This document shows, piece after piece, positions 36,877 through 45,822 of a stretch of 45,822 bases of DNA (within the stretch, counting starts at the first letter, position 1; every line of letters begins with the position of its first letter). The notes beneath the pieces are model-generated. The model ran no database searches, had not been told where the DNA came from, and saw only the letters and a program-made list of their open reading frames with translations. This DNA is from Folioceros fuciformis (taxonomy: Eukaryota), in the NCBI GenBank assembly GCA_049999805.1, contig JBNGIO010006142.1, positions 113,493 through 159,314 on the forward strand. The letters are read 5' to 3'. The translations under genes were made by a program, and so were the position numbers.

Positions 36877-39800
36877 ATGAGACTCTCACCTAGAGAGCTG
36901 GACAAGCTCTCGTTGCACCAGGCTGGCTTCCTCGCGCAGAAAAGGCTGGCCCGTGGCTTACAGCTGAACCACCCAGAAGCTGTTGCCCTCATTGCTACCC
37001 AGGTTAGCGCACTAGGTGCAGGTATCCAGGTAGAAGGGCAAGTTGCCGATTGGAATGGACTCTTTCTTTTCACGTTGACTGGCGGATTGGTGATATCGAT
37101 GTGCCTCATGGTCGTAGATCCTGGAGTTTATTCGGGATGGCAAGTCCGTCGCAGAGCTGATGGACACAGGACGACAATTATTGGGAAGGTATGCGCTCGC
37201 CCTATCTCAATTGGGAAGTGCTCCTTAGTGCTGCTGTCTACTCTGAACTTGACGTTATTCTGAATTTCAGGAGGCAAGTTTTGCCGGGGGTCAGGCATCT
37301 TCTAGAAACGGTGCAGGTATGCACAGCTTGGATTTGCGACGTCTTGTTAGAGCGTGCCTGTGCCATGGTCATGGTTTTTAAAATGACTCCCGTTTCAGGT
37401 GGAGGGAACATTTCCAGATGGGACCAAGCTGGTTACCATCCACAATCCTATTGCAAGGGAGGGTGGGGATCTCGAGCTTGCTTTGTATGGATCCTTTCTA
37501 CCAGGTCATGGCTGGATCCTTTTTCCTGTTGGACCTAATTCCACTTAAAGTTCGTCTACTGAACTCTTTTGTCCTTATTTTGGTTTCAGTTCCATCTCAG
37601 GACATTTTTCCTGTGTCAGAGGATACGCTGGAACCTGGTCGGGTAGTTCCAAAGCCTGGTCGTATTCTGATAAATGAACATAGAGAATGCGTAATTATTA
37701 AGGTTATCAATACAGCTGACCGCCCAATACAGGTCATTTCTCTTTTCTTCATACTGTGGAATCTCCTTGGACGATCATGTGCACCATTTTCCCAGAAGCT
37801 TTGACTTTTTGTTTCTTTCCTTTCAGGTGGGCAGTCATTACCATTTCATTGAGAGCAATCCTTATCTTATTTTCGATCGGGAAAGGGCTTATGGAAAGCG
37901 TTTAAACGTTCTGGCTGGTACTGCTGTCCGGTTTGAGGTATATTCCTTTTTCCTGTTTTATGGTCTCCCAGGGAGGAAGCAGTTGTTTGTAGGACGACGT
38001 TTCTGTGTTGAATGACCTAGCAATAGGCCTGAACGTAAGAGATTGGGGTCTGTTGAATTGATGCAGCCAGGTGACGAGAAATCAGTAGTTCTTGTCAGCA
38101 TTGGTGGCAAGAAAGTAATCCAGGGTGGTAATGGGTTAGCAAAAGGCCGTGTGGACAAATCTCATCTTCCTTCAATAATGCAGAGGGTTACCTCCAGAAA
38201 CTTTGGCCACAAGAAGCAAGCCGATGCCTGGTATGTGTAAAACCTGTGGCTGTCTGGTGTCGTGCACTGTCTCAAAACGTAGCCTGTCCTCCATTTTTGC
38301 TCTTACTCTATATGTTTAAATCGGAAAATGTTGATACTATTGTGTCTGCAGGATTGGTATTTCTGGGAAAGACGAAAAAGCAACTTGCTGGGTGTCTCGG
38401 GAACAGTATTCCCATCTGTTTGGTCCAACAACTGGTGACAAAGTGAGGCTGGGGGACACTGACCTTTACGCAGAGGTGGAGAAGGACTTTGCCATCTACG
38501 GGGATGAATGTAAATTTGGCGGAGGTAAGGTCCTTAGGGATGGCATGGGACAGGCTTGTGGATACACTGCAGCTATGACACTAGATGTTGCAATTATCAA
38601 TGCTCTCGTTATAGACTTCACGGGAATATACAAGGCAGACATTGGTATTAAAAGAGGGAATATAGTAGGAATAGGGAAAGCAGGTAATCCGGATGTGATG
38701 GATGGCGTTTCTGAGAACATGATTGTTGGTGTAAGTTGTGATCTTCAACGTCTTCTTTTTTCCCGTTTTTATGGTGAGTGGTCACTGAATATGGTGGCTA
38801 CGTTTTGACATTGAACGTTTGCCTCATGAAGGTCAACACTGAAGTGATAGCAGCAGAAGGATCAATTCTTACTGCTGGAGGTATCGATACTCACGTGCAC
38901 TTCATATGCCCACAGCTTGTGGAAGCAGCAATCTCCGCAGGTGAGATTAGAAGAAACTCAGATATGTTTTCGAGTCTGTGGCTCTCCTCACACTCACTCC
39001 CTGCACTGGAGTATATGGCTCCTGGAGACCGCTGAATACGGTGGATTTGGATTCATTTCTTCACCCTCCAACAATATCGTAGCCCTTCAACGGTTTAATT
39101 CTAGATTTGTGCAGGCTTAACAACATTGCTCGGTGGAGGAACAGGGCCAGCACATGGGACAGCTGCAACGACTTGTACACCTGCTCCAGAACAAATGCGT
39201 TTAATGCTTCGTGCAACAGATGACATTCCTCTGAACTTTGGGTTTACAGGAAAGGTGAATGAATAGCCTGGAAGTATAGTCGTGTTTTTGGTGTGTAGAC
39301 TCGTTTCAAAGAAACACTGACAGCAATAACGTTTCAGGGTAACTCTGCAAAACCGGAAGGGCTTGCTGATATTATCAGAGCTGGTGCCGTTGGTCTCAAG
39401 CTGCATGAAGACTGGGGCACAACACCGTCTGCTATCGAAAACTGTTTGTCAGTTGCCGATGAATTTGACGTGCAGGTCGGTCATGACTGAGTGGGGGCAC
39501 GATGTTTTGATTCGTGATCCTTGCGAGCTACTCTTGTTGACTTCCGTATGATCTGTGTACTGAAACTTGAAGGTAACGATCCACACCGACACTCTTAATG
39601 AGTCGGGATGCGTGGAGCAGTCAGTTGCAGCTTTTGGAGGTCGAACCATTCACACGTACCACAGGTGAGTCTTCCGTCGATTTTGTGTATGAAAGCCTTC
39701 CGTCGATTTCGTGTGAAACATGTTGCAGCTTGAACTGCCACACATATGCTTCTGAGTCGGGCGAGCGCGTTTGCTTTGAAAAGCTGATGTGATTGTGCCC

Positions 39801-41176
39801 TCAACAGTGAGGGAGCGGGTGGAGGACATGCACCAGACATCATGATGGTTTGCGGTTTACCGAATGTCCTTCCATCATCAACCAACCCAACCAGGCCCTA
39901 TACAGTCAATACGATTGATGAACATATCGACATGCTTGTAAGTATGTTTGATGTGCTTAGTACGTCTCTCCGGCCTGTTCGTGTGATTCAAGGTTCTTGG
40001 CTTTGTAGAAATTCATTCCGGCTCATGGACGTTTGTGGTTTTTTTATGTTCAGATGGTTTGTCATCACCTCAACAAGAGCATAGCAGAAGACGTCGCATT
40101 CGCAGAGTCGAGGATCCGTGGTGAGACGATAGCTGCAGAGGACATCCTTCACGACATGGGCGCCATCAGCATGATGTCATCTGATTCACAAGCCATGGGT
40201 CGCATAGGAGAGGTTGCATAGGAGCCCTAAATTGTCTGTGCAGCCAGCTCGAGGAAAACTCGTTATGTCGAGGTCTGCTCATCAGTTTGACATTGTTTCA
40301 GGTTATAACGCGCACGTGGCAGACGGCACATAAAATGAAGCAACAACGGGGACAGCTGCACGAAGCATCAGCTGATGACAATGATAATATGAGGATCAAG
40401 CGTTACATAGCGAAATATACTATTAATCCTGCTATTGCACATGGCTTTTCCGAGCTTGTTGGATCTGTTGAGGTGCGTACACCACTTGTTGAGCTTGATT
40501 TAGTGTGTGTCTCCACTTGCCTTATAAATAGGAATGAACATACGTTTTGTGAGTGCAGGTCGGGAAGCTTGCCGATTTAGTCTTGTGGAAACCCGCTTTC
40601 TTCGGGACTAAACCGGAAATGGTCATAAAGGGAGGAGTTATTGCCTGGGCTCAAATGGGTGATGCCAATGCAAGCATTCCAACTCCGGAACCTGTATGTG
40701 TCATTGTGCTTCGGCCTATTCGAAATGACGTCTTGATTCTCGTGGTCTCTATACTGCAGACGCTAATCTCTTGTTGATGAGACACATTGCAACAGATTTT
40801 GATGAGGCCAATGTTTGGAGCTTTGGGCAAGGCTGGGAACTCACATTCAATCGCATTTGTTAGCAAGGTATGGCTTATGTCTTGAACATTTGGGTCTGGT
40901 TGCAGTCAGGTATTTGGCGTAGGAATGCTGAACAGAAACTTGGTCATTCTGCAGGCCGCCAAGTTGTCCAATGTGAAAGCGGAATACGGACTTCAGAAGC
41001 GTGTGGAGGAAATACAGAATGTTAGAAATTTAACGAAAAAGGACATGAAGCTGAATGACTTAACGCCCGAAATTGTTATCGACCACGAACATTACACTGT
41101 ATCCGCAGATGGAGTGATGCTTACTTGCCACCCTGCTGCCACCCTGCCACTGACACAGAATTATTTTCTTTTCTAG
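36877..41176 (+). CDS. URE: Urease (single-chain plant type), 18 exons
   Basis: [48 protein letters not shown] (carbamylated Lys), [38 protein letters not shown], ends NYFLF*; 17 GT-AG introns traced in frame. Confidence 0.98.
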
Positions 41177-41194
41177 TGTAAGGATTCTGTTGCG

Positions 41195-42007
41195 ATGAGA
41201 ACTGATGCGGAGGATCGTACTGTTCTGGACGAAACTTCTCCTCCGGAGGGCCAAGGACCAGTTACTGAGGTACCTCATCCTGTAATGGGTACCTCGGCTA
41301 TAGCAAGGGGTGACAGTGACTTCAAACATCTTCCATTGGATTGGAGCGTATGGCAGCTGCTTGATTCCCTGCTACCAACAGGTGGATTTGCCCATTCCTA
41401 TGGCCTGGAGGTTGCTGTACAAACTCATCTGGTGGCGGATTCTAACTCACTGGAAGATTTCGTCACATCATCTTTGGAAGGAGTAGGTGCCCTGATGCTG
41501 CCTTTTATTTATTGTGCTCACAAGCAGCCAAAGACGGAGTCGTGGATTCAGTTAGACCAACTGTTTCATGCAACACTGACAAACCAGGTTGCAAGAAAGG
41601 CATCGTTGGCTCAAGGCGCTGCCCTTCTGCGAGTGGCTGGCACGGTGTTTGTAAATATTGCAGAGTTGCTGAACATACGTGCAACTGCTAGGGAGCCCGG
41701 GATAGTGCATGTCCATTACGCACCCATGTATGGAGTTTTATGTGGTCTTTTAGGATGGGATTCCATGACTTCCCAACGATCTTTCTTGTTTTTAACACTC
41801 AGGGATATTCTGTCAGCTGGGACGCGGTTGAATGTGGTAGGTCCTTTGGAATCAGCGTTCCTGCAGCACCGACTCTCTTCAGTTGCAGAAGCCGTCCTGA
41901 AGAAGTATGCAAATCGGCCAGTTGAAGACGCACATCAAACGTCACCTCTACTGGATACAGTGCAGGGCTGCCATTCTTATCTATTTTCAAGGCTCTTTGG
42001 CTCTTAG
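41195..42007 (+). CDS. UREF: Urease accessory protein UreF, single coding exon
   Basis: WQLLDSLLPTGGFAHSYGLE, ARKASLAQG, RDILSAGTRLNVVGPL, C-terminal HSYLFSRLFGS; alternative start at 41285. Confidence 0.95.
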   Translation: MRTDAEDRTVLDETSPPEGQGPVTEVPHPVMGTSAIARGDSDFKHLPLDWSVWQLLDSLLPTGGFAHSYGLEVAVQTHLVADSNSLEDFVTSSLEGVGALMLPFIYCAHKQPKTESWIQLDQLFHATLTNQVARKASLAQGAALLRVAGTVFVNIAELLNIRATAREPGIVHVHYAPMYGVLCGLLGWDSMTSQRSFLFLTLRDILSAGTRLNVVGPLESAFLQHRLSSVAEAVLKKYANRPVEDAHQTSPLLDTVQGCHSYLFSRLFGS

Positions 42008-43954
42008 CTGACGATCCTCGTGTTTCTTGGGAAGAGGTTGTGCGAACTGGGTGGTTTGTACCTTTTAGTTCTTGTGGGTCAACTTCTGCCAGGACTGTTA
42101 CAGGAATTTGCGGCTTTGCCTGCGTGCGCGAGATATTCAGGTGCTGCAGTTAGAGACGGCGGGTGTATATAACTGATACGTATGTACTTTGCGGTTGTTG
42201 GGTTTCAACTGATTCTCTCTGTCTTGACGCTTGCATGCTGAATCCGTTTGTATTTTTCATGTTGTCCATAATGCCATCGTGTCCGGTTATGGGTTGACGT
42301 GAAAGTTCGTGAACATTCCGGGATGCTAACGAATTCTTGTGTCAAAACTTCATATTGTTTGGAAGAGATCTTGATTGCTGTAGTTTGGTTCCTGGAACAG
42401 GACAAACACATTCAACACTAGTCCACGAATCTGCTTAGGCACTGCTCGGAAATATGCCAACCCCATGCCACACAAAGCTGAGGTTCTTGAGTTGTCTCTT
42501 TCTCCAATCGTTTGGGATCTGACTGCGTCCTTGTGTAGATACTGGTTGACTCTCTCCACCCGCGCCCCTCCTATCCTTAAACAGATCCTTGATCAAACAA
42601 TAAAAGTAAACAACATGATACTCTAGCATGCCATACCCGCCATTTTGGAGTTTGGCCAATGCAGGCAGGAGAAACGGGCATGCCAATGTGAAATGTTCCA
42701 AATATGAAATAGGTCTAAACGTGAAGTAATTGGCATGCATGAAATCAAGACCAAGCTGCAGCGGGGTTTGGTTGCGTAGGATTTCAAGGGGCATCTTTCA
42801 ATTATGAAGGAAGCTATCTTTAGTCTAAGCTAGAACGATGAGAAAAGCTCCCAGTTTTGTATAAGCCTTACCCTTCATACAAGCACGATGTTTTTGAACT
42901 TTGTGTTGGTGTTTATGTGTACCTTGGTCTTTGCATCTCCTATGCACTCTGGAGGTGGTGTGGCTCTAGAGTATTTTTCCTTCTTAAGGCCCGATCTCAC
43001 TCTAAGCATGAGGAGACTTAAACAGCCCATTAATCAAGTTCTTCCTTCAATTGCTTAATCCCATGACTTACACAAGTGCCTAAGTCTCTCAATGCAAAAT
43101 AATTTTCTAGATTCCTTGATATTAATGTAAGTAGCAAAGACCCACGATCGAAGATTAACTTAGAGTAATCCAATAGGTTAGGTCAAAAAGATTTAGATAA
43201 GCTGATTGGAGAAAAATAAGGGTATCGAACCCTAAACCCTAAACATATCCCATATGTTTATTAATCCTTTCCAAGTATTCTTGATTGTGCAACCCAAATC
43301 CATGTATCACTTGTCATGCTACAAGAGATCTTGCCTCTAAACGTCTAAGCCTCTCATCCTAAGACTATTCAACCCTGGTATACATTATACATATATACAT
43401 ACACACAGCATGAATTCATGTAAACATGAGGTGGCAAACCTCTACGTATATTCTTGCAATAGTGCACAAATGCTTTGCTTTCTTTCACAAATGCTTTCCC
43501 TTGGGTGCTTTCTCCCCGATGTGCACACCAAGGTTGCTAGTCATCTTTCCACTCTTTTGTGGCTCACTTCACATGAGATTGATGAAAGAAGCAGCTTCTC
43601 TACCCCTTTTCCTTCAATGTGAGAGAGTACTCACAATAAAATTACACACATTGTATTCACAAATGAAGTAATAAATTTGGAAACAATAGCCCTTTCAACA
43701 TGGACCCATGGGGCATTTGCATGTAATTTACGATTACAATCTTAAAGCAAAAGCTTCCAAACTCCTTCAATTTTGAGGAGATTTTGTTCTAATAAGCGAG
43801 ATTGCACAAACTTACAAGTTTTTCATCTCCACTATTTCAAAGACTAAATATAAAACTAATGCTTAGAAGTAGGTCTCCAAGCATAACATTTAGCAAACTT
43901 GTACATAATTCAAATTTGTACAAGGCTTACTTTCAGCTCTTGCAAATTGAGCCA

Positions 43955-45571
43955 TTACCCTTCCAATCTTTTCAACAATAGCAAAATGGCCGAATGCTGG
44001 GCTAATAACATTTTGGGCTGTGGGTCACCAACACACTCCATCTCACCAGTGTCAGGCACGTCAACACTCACCACAAAAGTAAACCTGCATTATTATATAT
44101 AAAAAAAACTATTTAGTAAAAACGAAAGATAAATATATTGGAATCCAAATTTCAAATCACTTGAAATTTTACTTCTTGCAATTTGGAGGGCCTTCTTCTT
44201 TAAAAAGTCTGATTTGGGGTTTTCCATAATTCATCCTAGAACAAAGTTTGTTCAATTTTTCCAAATCAGGTTGAATTGTCTGAAACAGTTGTCGTCGTTG
44301 CACATCACCTATAAGGAGTTCAATTAGATGACCTAGAACATAGAACATCTGTATGTGCAAAATAAAGTGTTAAAGTGAAGAAAAAGAGAGAGAAAAGAGT
44401 GAACATTACGACTTAATCTTGTCTTCCCCTTACAACTTGCTAAGTTCTAACACATTAGAAAACAAGGCATTAGTATTCTATGTTTAACTTTACAAACGTT
44501 TTTGAAGTGTTAAAGAGATTGACTAGAAGGTACCTGTAACTGTGGCAGTATCTTTTCTGCTAAGTTTGTACGTGCCATCTTTTGACTTGACAGGGGAAGT
44601 GATTTCTCCGTCAGTAAAGGATCATTTGGCCTGTTTGGATCAATTATATCTCCCACGGCTATCTTCAAGTTAGTTTTAGCCAAGTGCTCAATCGTTGTAT
44701 GAAAGATGATACCTTTCTCTTGACATGCCTCTTGGACAAGCCGAATTGGATTTATGGGGATATCTTCCACTTTAGAACTTGTGATACTTTGGACAAGAGG
44801 ATCTAAAATCACATGTATTTTCTCCTCGTCCAACAATACATCCAAAAATATTGCACCAATGACACTTTCAAAGTAGTCTGCGAAAACCTGAATCGAAGAA
44901 ACATCTATATCACTTCAATGTCATCTAACACAACAACAACATAAATTATCAAAGCTTTGAATCAAAATTGACCTGATGCCTTCTGGGACTCCCCCAAGTG
45001 ACGCTTGTTGTTCTTCTTGCATCAAGATCTTCGACAATCTCATGGAATTGGTCTATCCTGTGACTAAAACATTGTGCTATGCCCTTTTCCATAAATACAT
45101 TTGCCAAGTGTCCATTGTTTACTGCAGTCGCTCTCAAATCAGTTAATTTCCCAGAATCCTCATCTGGATGTGCTAGAATTAGATGCTTGGATACAAGGAA
45201 ACTAAGTATAGTGTCACCCAAAAACTCTAAGCGCTCCATGTACTAGAACCATGAAGATAAGTCTTGTTAATAATTTATGAATTATACTATAATAACAAAC
45301 CTAACGTATGAGTTTATGTAGTCAATTTGCCTCACAAACTATAACTTAAATAAAAGATAAACTATGCTTGTAAGGGAAATGCTAGAACATTAAAATTCAA
45401 ATAAATAAAATTAATAACCTGAATTTGTTGGTCATTTGATATTCCATAAATATCTTGTACAACGGCTCGGTGATGAAATTGATAATTCAATATACGCTCC
45501 AATTGCTGGACATCCCTTTCCACCTGCATAGATAGTTGACCATCTTCAATATGTTTTGCATCGTTTTCCAC
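43955..45571 (-). CDS. Diverged Dicer-like / RNase THREE-LIKE gene: RNase III domain plus two dsRBDs; 5' end unresolved
   Basis: Exons: LERILNYQF (to 45419); YMERLEFLGD...LTDLRATAVNN (45242-44973); VFADYFESVIGAIFLD...PIRLVQEACQ (44887-44534); LNKLCSRMNYGKP...EEGPPNCKK; FTFVVSV...ECVGDPQP...SA, stop at 43955. Splice junctions are in frame. Confidence 0.8.
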
Positions 45572-45822
45572 TTGTATAGATTGTGTAGAGACTTCAATGC
45601 GTCTTTCATTTTTAGCTGTTGCACGAAGAAATATTGTGCATACAATATGTCAACAAGGCTGTAAAAGAAATTTTTTCTTTCTAAATTTTAAAGTGAGTAC
45701 AACTTGAGAAAAAAGATGGGTTAGAAAAATCACATGGTACGTTGGGGTGTCTTCTTCTAGTATCCGGTAAACTCTACACCATAACACTTGTTTATAATAA
45801 TTAGCACATACTAATAAGGTAT

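Noticed and set aside
41174-41176. U-to-C RNA editing of the urease TAG to CAG to create a fusion
   Set aside because: That editing is established for organellar transcripts of hornworts and ferns, not nuclear mRNAs, and the stop is at the conserved urease C-terminus.
36877-42007. Urease-ureF as bacterial contamination or recent horizontal transfer of a ure operon
   Set aside because: Single-chain urease with 17 spliceosomal introns, plant-type UreF, and no ureD, ureE or ureG in the window.
43228-43243. AACCCTAAACCCTAAA telomere-like / telo-box motif
   Set aside because: Only about two units and not near a recognisable gene start; too short to call.

Overview
Eukaryotic nuclear DNA from a compact land-plant genome. 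Introns are mostly about 70-200 nt and intergenic gaps are very short; this style plus a nuclear mitochondrial-type rps12 suggests a hornwort or similar seed-free plant (inference). In order: two tandem germin-like genes; a repeat-rich segment with a satellite and an assembly gap (about 3.9-7.6 kb); a dense housekeeping block (FLN1, RFC4, mitochondrial-type rps12, NAD(P)HX dehydratase, inositol transporter, mitochondrial uL15, intronless prolyl 4-hydroxylase, MSH2, ALG8, APO-family protein, SCAMP); an 18-exon urease; and, in AT-rich DNA at the right end, part of a diverged Dicer/RNase III-like gene. The top observation is that the urease accessory gene ureF starts only 18 nt after the urease stop codon, on the same strand and in the same frame with no intervening stop. 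This operon-like arrangement implies a bicistronic, readthrough or alternatively spliced transcript, or a ureF promoter inside the urease gene. Second is an apparently functional mitochondrion-to-nucleus transfer of rps12 with an acquired presequence exon. Product calls come from recognised motifs, not database searches, and splice sites were read by eye.
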